Shown: positions 37,277 to 50,200 of the stretch, piece by piece
Layout of the letters: each line of letters begins with the position of its first letter
How positions within the stretch are numbered: position 1 is the stretch's first letter
DNA from: Paraspadella gotoi
Lineage: Eukaryota; Animalia; Chaetognatha
Direction: 5' to 3'
Length of the DNA: 64,000 nt
Assembly (NCBI GenBank): GCA_051294375.1
Contig: CM119266.1
Span: 25,126,659 to 25,190,658, forward strand
Position numbers and translations under genes: made by a program
Notes under the pieces: model-generated
Database searches by the model: none
The model's input: the letters and a program-made list of their open reading frames with translations, nothing else
Told to the model about the DNA's origin: nothing

Positions 37277-40200
37277 TCTCCTGTTTGTCGTATGCTTCAC
37301 TGACAAACCGTCCATAAATCTTTTCCGCTCAACCTGTGGTAATTTTCAGTCCGACGGTTCCTAAATCATTCTCGGCATTCGCATACGTGGCTCGAGTCTT
37401 CAAGAATAAATCAATCCTTCAAAACCCCCGTAATCATTCGCATCACAATCCTTCGTGCGCCACCGCTTCAACTCTCAAACAACCCCGGTCGAAGGCTCAG
37501 ACCCGCTATTTCCTCACGGATAAAAGATCAGCCTCGAAACTTTTAATCTCTCAGAAATTAAATTATCCCATAATCAGTTAAATCTCCATTTGGTTTAACA
37601 TTCATTACAACTGTTTCATAAACTTCTCAATAAATCTCATCCTCCCATATATATTACTTTTATTCACAAAAACTATTTCTACATCATTTCGTCCAATTTC
37701 AACCGTCTCAAAACCCCTCTTTCTCCCTCACACCCTCTTCTCACAACCCCCTTTTCTCCCCAAACTCCCCGCGACCCCCATATCTGGCGAGGGCTTCTTC
37801 CTCATTTATCCACAGGCGTCGATGTTGTTTCTCGATGCGTCGTTCGAAGTCTCGCGAAGCAACGAAGTGGATCTCGAGTGTTGCGGTCTGCTGACACCCC
37901 CGAAAGTCGAGGCCGGCGTCAGTGTTCGCTCCTCTTTGATAAATAAAAAAAAAGAAAGAAAAGGAGGAAGGACACGCGAAGACGGACACTCAGCTTTGTA
38001 TTTTATTAATATTGTTGTTCATTATACACTAAATTCAACAGTCTCCCTATACTGCGGTTCTCCTGGCAACCTAATTACATTCATAAAAAACGTCCGTCTG
38101 GGAAACCGATGTATAGAAAGTTCCGGGAAAAATTCGATTACATTCCGTTCATTCAAGATTTCTCCCCCCCCCCAAAAAAAAAAAATCGATGATTAAGTCT
38201 TCAAAGGATCGACCCCAATTGTTTCTCAAAAAATCTCTCTCTCTTCTCTCTCTTCTCTCTGCTCTCTCTCTCTCCTCTCTCTCTTGCTCTCCTCTCTGTT
38301 TTTATTATTGTCCCGAGCTACCTCATCGACTACGGACTATCTCGGGTGCTTTGGCTCCCAACCTTCGCTTCAGTTTAGGTTGAGAATACTGAGCCTCTCC
38401 GGCAGATCTTCGGCGGTGAAGCCCGCCCCTGCACCTCCCGGAATTCGTAGACGCCTTTGATGTGGGCAGGGCAGGCCAGAGGTTAAAAGAGAGGATGAGG
38501 CGGATGTTATTTGGTGAGCGGTTCGCGATCCGGCGGTCCAGCAATCGTCTCCAATCTCTCTCTGTCTCTGTCACACGAACTGCTCAGTTTCACTTTCGCA
38601 GAGAATAATAACAACTATCGTTACAAGAAAAGATTTTTATTGTTTTAAGTCGTTTCAAAGTATTAAAAATGGCAATGAATAAGCTCGATCGATATCACCC
38701 CCACGTTTTAATCTTTCGATGCTAATTTTTTTTTTTCTCTCTTGTTTTATTTTTTATTTTACCTTCGCCTTCATAGTCGTCGTCGTGTTGACGTTTTGAA
38801 ATCGGTTTCAAAAATCGATTTAGCTTCGTATCGACCGCAAATGGCGTTAAAAACACAGACAGACGAAGATGAGAATGAAAAAGAGAGATAGAGAGAGAGA
38901 GAGATGAGAGAGAGAGAAGAGAGAGAGACAGAAGAGAGAGAGAGAAAGACGAGAAAGGACGAGAGAGAGAGAGAGAGAGAGTAGAGCTCTTTTTCACTTC
39001 TTCATCTCTCGCTGTCTGTGTTTTAACCCACTTTTGCGGTCGAACGAACCTAAATCGATTTTTGAAAACCGACTTTCAAAACGTCAACAACGACGACGAC
39101 TATGACGGCGAAGGTAAAAAATAAAAAAATAAAAACAAGAGAGAAAAAAAAAATTAGCATCGAAAGATTAAAACTGGGGTGAATATCGATCGAGCTTATT
39201 CATTGCCCCATTTTTAATACTTGAAACGACTTAAACAATAAAAATCTTTTCTTGTAACGATAGTTGTTATTATTCTCTGCCGAACGTCGAAAAACCTTGA
39301 GCAGTGACAGTGTGACAGAGACAGAGAGAGATGGAGACGATTGCTGACAGCCGGAATCGCGAACCGCTCACCAAATAACATCCGCCTCATCCTCTCTTTT
39401 AACCTCTGCGCCTGCCCCTGCCCTACCTCAAAGGCGTCTACGATTCCGGGACATGTCGCTGCATGCTGGGCCTGCGAGGCTTTTTTTTTCCCCCGCCGCA
39501 AGATCTGCCGGAGAGGCTCAGCATATTCTCAACCAAACTGAATGCGAAGGTTGGGGAGCCAAAGCCGCCGAGATACGGTTCCCCGTCGTCGATGAGGTCA
39601 GCTCGGGACATATAATAAAAACAGAGAGGACGAGACACAGAGAAGAGGTGAGAGAGAGAGAGCAGAGATGAGATGAGAGAGACGAGAGAGAGATGAGAGA
39701 TTTTTTGACGTGAAAACAATTGGGTCGATCCTTTGAAGACTTAATCATCGATTTTTTTTTTTTGGGGGGGGGGAGAAAATCTCGAATGACGGAATGTAAT
39801 CGATTTTCCCGGAATTTCTATATCGGTTTCCCAGACGGAGTTTCTTTATGTATGTAAATTAGGTTGCCAGGCAGACCGCCTAGTACTAGGGAGACAGTTG
39901 TAATTTTAGTGTATAATGAACAACAATATTAATAAAATACAAAGTCCGAATTGTCCGACTTCTCTCCCGTGTCCCTTCCTTCTTTTCTTTTCTTTTTTTT
40001 TTTTTTCAAAAGGAGGAGGAGACCCTCGACGACCGGCTGACTTTCGGGCGGGTGATCAGCACGATCCCGCAACCACCCTCGACGATCCACTTCCGTTGCT
40101 TCGACGGAGACTTCCGAACGACCATCGACGAAAACATCGACGCCCTGTGGATCAAGAGGAAGAAGCCCTTCGCCAGAATGGGGGTGGGGGAGTTTGGGGA

Positions 40201-40878
40201 GGAAAAAAGGGGGTTGGGTGAGAAAGAGGTGTGAGGGAGAAAATGAGGGTTTTGAGACGTTGAAAATGGGACTGAAATGATGTCAGAAATAGTTTTTGTG
40301 AATAATATAGTAAATATTACTATGAGGTGAGGTTTTATTGAGAAGTTTCATGCAACAGTTGTAATGATATGTAAGAAGCCAAATGGAGATTTAACTGATT
40401 ATGGAATCTTTAATTTCTGAGAGATTAAAAGTTTCGAGGCTGACTCCTTTTATCCGTGAAGGGAAATAGCGGGTCTCGAGCCTTCGACCGGGGTGTTGAG
40501 AGTTGAACGTGGCCGACGAAGGATTGGATTGCTGAATGATTACGGGGTTTTGAAGGATTAGATTTATTTTGAGATCGAGGCACGTATGCGGAATGCCGAG
40601 AATGATTCTGGAACAGTCGGACTGAAACCCAGGTTGAGGGAAAAGATTTATGGAGCGGTTTGTCAGTGAAAGCACTAACGACAAACAGCTGAGAGAGCAG
40701 AGAGAGAGAGAGATGAGAGAGAGAAGACGGAGAGAGAGAGAGGAAGAGAGAGAGAGAGAGATGAGAGAGGAGAGAGAGAAGAGAGAGAAAGAGAGTCTAG
40801 ACATTCCTGGATGTCTTTCCTCGCAGTTTTTAATTAAATTTTTTTCTCTTTCTTTTTTCTCTCTATATATCTTCTACT

Positions 40879-40959
<81 letters not shown>

Positions 40960-41212
40960 TCTCCCCGGCTACGGCGACCCTTACCGCGTAAAATCTCTCC
41001 GCAAATTTGTTTATGTATAAGTTTTTCAGAAAAAATTAAAAACACTCCCGAGGTTTTCGAGAAAGAAAATGAAATCCCCCTCGTTTAAACAGCCCAGGGG
41101 GGGGGACGAGGTTGCGGAGGGTTGAAGGGAGAAATCCGGGCGGTAGAAAGGGAGATAGGGGGGGTTTTTGATCCGAGGGGGAGGTTGGCTCAGGGGGTAT
41201 CTCATTTAAAAC
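36765..41212. repeat. Inverted duplication: 36765-38885 mirrored by 38987-41212 with a (GA)n spacer; left arm abuts a 25-N gap
   Basis: Reverse-complement match at both ends (36770-36830 vs 41140-41210; 38850-38885 vs 38987-39025), indel-rich. Confidence 0.9.
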
Positions 41213-41287
41213 TTTTCGTTTCCGTCGTGGTGAGAAAAGGTGAGGGGAGAGCGAGTAATGAGGAGAGGATTTTTGTCTCAGAGCAGA

Positions 41288-41332
<45 letters not shown>

Positions 41333-41533
41333 GAGAAGAGAGGGAGAGAGAGAGAGAGAGAGAGAGCTTGTTATTTTTTCAAGCGCTTCCCCGTCTTTTT
41401 TTTGGATCCTCAAATCCCAACCTAAACTTTTTAAGTACTTTAACGATTTTTGCGAGAGTGAGAAAAAAAATGGACGTAAAAAGTGAAAAGGATTCGACGC
41501 CCTTTGCAACGAAAGAAAGGAAAGAAAAGAGAG

Positions 41534-41565
<32 letters not shown>

Positions 41566-42042
41566 GGAGAGAGACGAGAGAGAGAGAGAGGATGAGAGAG
41601 AGAGAGAGAGAGAGAGCGTCAGAAAAGATAAGAAATAAAAAGAAAGAGATAAAAAGTGAGCATCCAAAAAGATTTATTTGACAAACGGTTTGGGAACCGC
41701 TTTATTAATGAATACGAGTCGCCAAATACCAACCTTTAAAAAAATAAAAGCTAAAAAAGAGAGAAAAAAAAGCTTCTCTCCCTCTCTCTCTCTCCGTCCA
41801 GGCCAACACTCAGCAGATGTTGCTCGAGGACACGCTGGAGGCCTCGTTGAGGGCGTTCCCGGCGCCGAGAAAACGAAACGCCGACGTCCGGAAGAAAATG
41901 GAGGAAGACGCGTTGAGGAAGCGATGGGGGAAGAAGAGCGGGAAGAAGGGGGAAGACGGTTTAGATTATTTTAAGGATGGAGCCGCGGAAGAGATAGGAT
42001 GGAGGGGAGAAGGAGAAGAGGAAGAAGAGAGGAGAGAGAGAG

Positions 42043-42081
<39 letters not shown>

Positions 42082-42797
42082 GAGAGAGAGAGAGAGAGAG
42101 TGCCAGAGGAAAGGAAGGGGACGAGAGAGACGCGAGGGAGAAGATTTTTTTCAATATATATAAATATTATTATATATATTATTCTTTATATTTAATTCCA
42201 ATTTTTAAAATCCAATAAATCAATCAAATCCGTGTAATAAAAATCTCCGAAACGCTCGTTTTAACAAACACACCGCCACCTCTTCGCCTCCCCCCCCCGG
42301 GCAGAGATTCGCCAACTGCCCTTCGTTCCGGTAGAGCGGCGGACGGCGGCGCCGTTAGCGTCGGCGCCGGAAGTGTGGCGCGGCGCCGACGACGCCTCCA
42401 CGACGACGAGCGAGTTTAACCGGATGATGGCTCAGCTGCATTGGGAGGACATGACAGTGCAGAAGATAATGGAGAGGGCGCACTCGCTCAAGGGAGAGGG
42501 AAGAAGGTTTGGGGCGTTGGCTAGTTTTTGTTGTTGCTGTCAATTTGTCGTCGTCGTTACTGTTCTTGGCTTTGTTGTTATCGGTGTTTTCAGAAGCAAA
42601 ATTCCGCACGCCTTCCACCCTCCCATCCCCGTATTAGGATTCGCAAGAAGGTGCGTAGTCAAGGCTACGTGTCGCGCGAGACGCCCCCGTGGCACCGAGA
42701 CATCCTCTGCGCGTGGTCGCAGTTCCACGGCTTCGTCGTCCCGAAGCTGCAGACGCTGCCGGAGGAAATGAGAAGAAGAAAGGTGGAATTGCTTTGA
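39434..42797 (+). CDS. Spliced gene of unknown function, 5'-partial. Exons about 39434-39596, 40013-40183, 41802-41958, 42305-42506, 42638-42797(stop)
   Basis: GC-rich blocks with AG/GT boundaries and compatible phases give one open frame (...EEETLDDRLTFGRVIST...ANTQQMLLEDTLEASL...EFNRMMAQLHWEDMTVQKIM...ETPPWHRDILCAWSQFHGFVVPKL...*). No family recognised. The first exon lies in low-quality sequence. Confidence 0.6.
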
Positions 42798-42805
42798 TTG
42801 CGTTG

Positions 42806-42837
<32 letters not shown>

Positions 42838-43749
42838 TATGAATGAGGGAACCGATTGGTAGATGATATACTATAGGCGGCATAGTTGTTTAAACTAAAT
42901 CATCAATAAAAAAATTTCAAAAGTTTTTACAATTATCCTGGCTAATGAAAGTGAATCATTGCATTATTCAAAAAAAAAAAAAAAAAATCGGGAGCTACGA
43001 TTGTGATTATTAAAAATAGAGTGGTTCATTTTTAAAACCTACTTTTTTTCGCTCGGACTGTGGAGCGATCGATAATAAATAACCCATTAAAACAATAATG
43101 AGCCAAAAGCGTTAAAACGCCGTTTCGTCCAGATCATAAAAATTATCCAAAAAAATATTGTTATCCTTGAGAAATAAATCTATAAATGAAGGCGGTGATA
43201 ACCATTCAACGAATTAGAACGTAGTTGTCGTTGTTGTTGTTGTCGTCGTTTTCAACTTTCGTCGCAGTAGCAAAGCAAAAAAAAATTATTCTCGACATAA
43301 AAAAAGAATTTTATCTTAATTGTAGAAAATCAATCATTTTCCTCGGAACTCAGTGTTTTTCTAAGAGAATTTTTTTTTAACGTGATTAACGGAGTATCAT
43401 TTGCTCACGATAAAAAGTAACTTTCCCGCGAATGGACTAAAAAAAAAAAACATCTAGGAAAAATAAAACTGAAGTTATCGCGAAATCGCGAGCAATTTTG
43501 CAACCGACTCGGTTTTTCGAAACGCGTCATTCGAAATCTCGTTAAAGAAATATTTTCTCGCTGTCGTCGTGAAAGTAATATAAGGGCGTTTTCACTGTCG
43601 TTTTCTTACATCCCTGAATATATATGGCATGTGGTATTTACTTAGATAGCTACTTTTTTTCATTGGGTAGTCGGCTAAATTTTAAAAGTATTGATGCAGT
43701 AATTAGTAGTCAATAACGTCAATTAATTATTGATCATCGCCAACAGGTA

Positions 43750-44377
43750 ATGGCCGATTCAAACTGGGCATTGGGTGCCCTCCGCGCCAAAGCGGCCCGC
43801 GGCGAATTGGAACCGCCGCCTCCACCGCCGCCTCCGCCTGAAGATGAAGAAGGCGTGATACCCGGAGAAGCGCCCCAGGGACCCTCGGAGGGCGAGGGTG
43901 GCGAACGAGGCGCCCCAGATGGCGGAGAACTCGAAGAAGGCGCGCCACCAGAGGGCCTTCCCGAAGGCGGCGCCCCTGAAGACTTTGACGGATTAGCGGC
44001 GCCCGAAGACGAGTCTATTCCGGCGCCGCCGGTCAATACGCCGCTGCCACCCGAAGAATCCGACCTGAGCGAGGAAGAGGGGGAAGCGAAGAAAACGGTG
44101 GAGGGAGGTGGGGAGGAGCGAGCAGAGGGAGGAGGGGAGGAGCGAGAAGAGGGAGAAGGGGAGGAGGTAGTGAAGGAAGAGGGGGAAGGGATAAAAGAAA
44201 AAGAAGGGGGAGAAGGAGAAGGAGAAGGAGGAGGAGAAGGAGGAGGGGAAGAAGTGGAGTTGACTGCAAGGGAAGAGACGAAAGCAGAAGAACCGCCGCC
44301 AGGAGGCGAGGAGCCGGTGGGTGTAACGGAGGGAGAAGTGAATGTCGAGGAAACAGGAAAGGAAGGGGAGGAAGAGG

Positions 44378-44408
<31 letters not shown>

Positions 44409-46885
44409 AGAAGTGAGAGTGACCTTCGAAGAGGGGGAGCCGGCGGCCGTCATCGAGGAAGAGGAGCTGAGCCAGGAATGGGTGGAGAACGCCAACGCCG
44501 GAGTCCAAAACGATAACGCCGTCGAAACTTCCGCCGCGGAAATCAATTACAAGCAGTTGGAAGACGAGAAGATCCCCCTTTCGAAATTCAGGAGGGAATC
44601 CGGCGCCGGAAAGGAATCCGGGTCCCGGAGAAATAGCAGAGACAGATTTAATTTTAAGGTCGGGGATTTTAGCGCCTCCCTCGAATCCGACGGAGAAATG
44701 CAAATCCTGATGGACGCTATTTTAGCCAACGCGGATCGAGAGCCGAAACGCGAAACCACTCCCGATGCAGCGGCTGCTGCCACCACCGACGACGCACCCG
44801 CCGCGGCCGCGGCCGAGGCGGCGCACTCGCAGATTCAGGGTGGGTTTTGAATTTACGAGCTTGTGGCGACAAGACTTAAAGCTGCCTCACTGCTGTCCGT
44901 CCTCAGCCTCGTCTCAATGGCTGAGCAGTAGGGTGAAGTGAAAGTTTGGAATCAAAATTTAGTAGTTATATTTTGAAAACTATAATATTAATGAATATTA
45001 ATCTTTTTTTACAAACATAATAGCCCAGTCAGCTTATTTTGTATATAGTACTACCCTTATATAATTTCAAAATAATAATATTTTTTTTAAATTCTGAGAA
45101 CAGATTCAGATTCCTCGTTAAAAGTTGATAAAAGAAAATGTAAATCTTTTTTAAAAAATTATATCATTAAGTAGGTTAAAATTATAAAAAACTATATTTT
45201 TAAGCTGGTTAATGGTTATTAAAAATTTATGTTTTAAATATAGTTTTTTATATTTTTTACCAACTTAATGAATGAATTTTTTTTTCTTATATTAACTTTT
45301 TGCAAAGAATCCAAATCCAATCTTAAAATTAAAAAAATTGCATTTTGAAATTTTAGTCTATTATATACTTATTATAAATATAGCTCACTGGTTCTCATTA
45401 ATGTATAAAATTAAAAAATAATTTTACCAAAGTATTTTTAATTGGTTTTTATTTCATGTTTTATATGCTAAATTTTGATTTTCTAAAATTTTATCATTTT
45501 CACTTCACTCTACTTAGCAGGCTAAATCATCTCGTTACAACCGTGCGTCCCTGGTTCAATCCCTGGGTATCCCGGTTCTGGCTTAAATGTGACGGAGCCG
45601 GTCTAAACATGCCAGTGACAGTCGGCGGTTACTGAGGGTCCGCAACCCCTACGCCAGTTGGTGAGATACCCCGCGCCCCGGGTATCACAGGCATTCCTCC
45701 CGTTGCCATAAGCTTACGCTTTCTCTTCTGGCTGCAGGAAAAATTTTCATGAATGTAACTATTTTTAACTATTATCATCTATAAACAAATCATTATTTCT
45801 CTAATTAAATGTATAAAAAAAAACAAATAGGTAGGAAACAGGAGCGAAATTTAAAAAAGATGAAAGAATTATTTAAGCTATCAATGAGAGTCTTATGAAG
45901 ATTTTATAGATTTTATAGAGTTTGTTTTTTTAGTCTCTTTATTGTTAAATTTAGAAATTCATATCATCGCAGGAAATGGATTGATCAAGTAGCTTGTCTC
46001 GCTTGTTTGGCTTGTCTCGTTTGGCTTTTCTGCCTTTACTTCATTTTCTTTTCTTGACAAATCAGAGAGGTGGCTTCCCTTACAGAATCGACGGGAAAGA
46101 GATTAGAGAAGAAACGAGGCAGTCTTCAACTTACCCTCAATAAACTAACATCAAAGTTGTTAAGTTCATGAACTGTTTATTTTAAACCATGGTTTTAATC
46201 ATCATAATCTCCCTCAATTATTATTATCTTGAGGCAGCAAGACTTAAAAGCTGCCTCACTGCTGCCCGTCTCAATGGCTCAGCACTCAGCAGGCTAAATC
46301 ATCTCGGCGGTCACTGAGGTTCCGCAGCCCCTAGGCAGTTGGTGAGATACCCCCCGCCCCGGGTATCATAGGCATAAATATATATCATTGCCATAATCTC
46401 CTTGTTTATGATTCTCCGTAATAAACCACGCCTACTTCCTTCGTTAATACCAAGCTATAATTCCATATTCAATCAGTAAGTCAAAAATTAAATAAAAGCT
46501 TGCAAGGACCTGCTATGTCATTATCTTGTAAGAGTGATGGAGGCCTTAAACCACCAAAGCCTGTCCAAAGTCAGGGGCAAGATAGCTTATTTATTGAATG
46601 AATGGATAATTTTTATATTGGTTGTACCAATTTCATAATTAAAATAAATAATTTTACCGGAACTCAAATTTTTTCAACACTAGGCGCCGATCACCGGGAG
46701 ACCGCGGTAGAGCGCGAGATTTCTACGCATGTCAATTGGGTAGTGGGCCTGGTAGAAAGCAAAGAGACCAAGACGTTTGAGACAAAAAAAGCGCCTCGAC
46801 TGAAAAACCGTGGCGATATAATGGAGAGGTTGAAACAGCCGGTGAGAAAAACGGAAATCGTTGCTACTGTTTTATATCAATTAAC

Positions 46886-46937
<52 letters not shown>

Positions 46938-47237
46938 GTTGTTATGGACTAAAATCCACCAACTGTTCATCAGCGGCCTTTGGTGCCGGAGGCAAGCCAT
47001 TCGCCTCCCAACCTAAAGGTTCGGGGTTCTCGCCCGGTGGTCGCTTAACCCGCCTGTAACACGGTGTTACAGCCTGATCCGAGGCTCAGGGACTGCTAAT
47101 ATTGAACGCTTCTGTCACTAACACATTGTAGTGGTACATAATAACATGTATTAACAATAATGCATAACAGAGAGAGACGTTAAAGATAAAAGGTTGTGAG
47201 AAGAGACTGACGAGAGAGAGAGAGCCAATGACCAAGT

Positions 47238-47282
<45 letters not shown>

Positions 47283-50200
47283 GACTGGTCAGTAACCGGC
47301 TTCTCTCGCTACCCTACAACGTAGTGACCAACTTGGGTCAACCCCGTGGTGGCGAAACCTTTGTCGCCATAACATAACAATAATTACTGTCTCTTCATTA
47401 TTATTATTAGTAGTATTATTATTAGTGTTTTTACTACAATATTCTACAGCTAAGTTCAACCAATACATTGAACGTTAAGAAAGACCAACACTCATCACAG
47501 CAACTTAACCTCAACAAAAGTCAAGTCAAGAAGCATCACAAAGTTCGAAAACGATACGCCCACGGTGAGTTCTGAGGATTACTTTCCAATTTTCTTCACT
47601 CGTAGTTGTAAGGCGAGTCAACGTCCTTGCCACCCAATTTGTAAGCCCCGCAAAAAGTTCACAGCGGATCGTCCACCTTGTTGAGCGAGTCGCCCGATTG
47701 TCGAGAACCTCCGGTCAAGTCGACGGACGCTTCAGTTCGCGGCGGGACGGCTGACGGCGCGGAGCCGCATAACGACGCCGTTGGCAGCGACGACGAAGAA
47801 GATGAAAGTCAAAACAAAATTTCCAAAATGCGGCATCGCAGACATAAAATACATCATCACGAACCGCGACACTTACGTATATTTGACATGACGAAATTAC
47901 AATTTTATCATATTTATCATCATTTATCTTATATATGAAATTGGTACAACCAATATAAAAATTGTCCATTCATTTGTAAAATAAGCTATCTTGTTCCTGA
48001 CTTTGTACAGGTCTTGGTGGTTTAAGGTCTCCATCACTCTTACAAGATAATGACATAGCAGGTCCCTGCTATCTTATCTTATACATTGTATAATTTGTAT
48101 TAAAGCGTAGCAAAAATATTAAAATCAAATTAAATCAAAATTCGAATAGTAGATCATGAACAAGCTTGTACCTGTGAACATTTTTTTTTCTTTTTTTTTC
48201 TTTTCGTATACGCCCATATTTATACATAGTACTCACCATAAAAAATGTTCAAATTTAAAATGTTTTTTTCTTATTTTTTAAAGCAGATTCGAATTCCTCA
48301 CGAAAAGTTGATAAAAGGAAATATAACTCCTTTAAGAAAATTATTTTATTAAGTGGGTCAAAATCCTAAAAAACTGTTATAATTAACTTATAATTTAATT
48401 TTAGTATAAAAAATATATATTTTTTTTTTAGTTTTTAGCTAACTTAATGAAAGAATTTTTGATTAAGACTTATATTTTCTTTTATCAACTTTTTATGAGG
48501 AATTCGAATCTGCTTACAAAACTAAAAAAAATTATTTTAAAATTTTGACATTTTCTATGTCAAGTACAATGTATAAATATGGGCGTATACGAAAATTGAG
48601 AAACTAAAAAAATTGTTTTTTATATATCAATGTTCTTTACTTCAAGACTGTTCATAAACAACTATTCGAATTTAGAACTGCAACTTTCACTACGCCTTAT
48701 TGTATATATTGCTTTGTTCTTTTCCCGATAGACCTGGTAACGGGGGCGTCCGTCAACAAGCTTACGCATCCAAATTCTCGAGAAGAAGAGTTGGTGGACA
48801 GTAAGACGACCCTGACCACGCCGCATGGTTTGGAAATATAAAATATTATTCAAAAAAATGTTAATAATATTTATATAAAATGATTTTCAGAAAATTATAT
48901 TATATTGTGGCGGTATATTCACACCGACTCACATCCACCACCATTCAGCCAATCCCATTGGCTCAGAAGGGTAAGCATTGCCTTCACAACCCCTGTCCTA
49001 ACGACTTCCCTCTCCGTTGGCATAGCGAGACCGTCCGACGGTCTTCGCTTCAGTGTCAGGCACCACCCTAAAAACCAACAGTGAGATGCCCCATCCCAAT
49101 GGGCATCGCCTGCAACCCGGCTGTTGCCGTAATATTATACTTTGTGGGTTCATTGCTTGATCAAATTTGTTTTATTTCTTTAAGCGGGTCTTCTCCCTTT
49201 TTTTTAACGCAGACGAAAATACGAACATGATTAAAGCCATGATCAGTGAGATCGAACATAAGCTGCCCGTTGAATCCCGTTCAATTCAAAAATGTCAGGC
49301 GAGAGAAAGCGTCAAAATAAAAAAAATAGGATGCAATGATTAAAATCGTATTAAAATCAAAGTAAGACTAAGAAAATTAAATTTATTCATTCATTTCGGT
49401 TCGTTACTTGTTCTCAAAAGTTTGCCTTTCAAACAATTTAAATAATAAATATAATATTACATCACTTCAATGATAAAGAAGTAAATTGGATCCCTTCAGA
49501 GAGCGTCGTGAATCGTTTTGCTAGGAAATTGCTACCACCAACCATGTTTTTATTTTCTAGTATCGAAACATCATCATCGTCGGCACAAAGACGAAACGGG
49601 AAGCATTGAATTGATCGGAACAGGAAGTCGAATGCTAAACGGATCGACGTTCACCTCGGACGAGCATCTGCGGGTAGCGAAGAGTCTTACCGGCTTCTCC
49701 ATGAACGAGAGTCTTGGCGGGGCAGAGTTGAAGACGGAAATTCGCGAGGATCCTTCGGCGACGCACGTCGGGCGAAAAAAGAAGCTGCATCGGACCAAGT
49801 CGAAAGGTTAACAAATTTATGTGCGCCCGAAAGAAAACGAAACGCTAATAGCTGGATCGCTCTACACAAGGCTTCATATTATAAAACGAGGTACCCCTCT
49901 TTTTTTTTACCAGAATCTGTTCCCACATTTTTTAAATTTTTTTAGTAGCATCATATGCATTGGACCAATTTCAATAAATTTGGTCCAGTAGTTTTCTCGG
50001 AACGGGTTCTGGTCAAAAAAATGGGGTACTGTGGCGGTATATTCACACCGCCTCACGTCCACCGTCGTTCAGCCACACCATCTCAGGCGTAGTGTTCCAT
50101 CAAGTCCCTCTACATTGGCAAAGCGAGACCGTCCGAGGGTAACCGCGCCAGTGACGGGATGCGTCACTGAGGGTCGGAAGCCCCCAAACCAACTGTAAGA

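Noticed and set aside
43734-44703. 270-aa and 236-aa minus-strand ORFs
   Set aside because: Antisense shadows of the purine-rich 43750 exon
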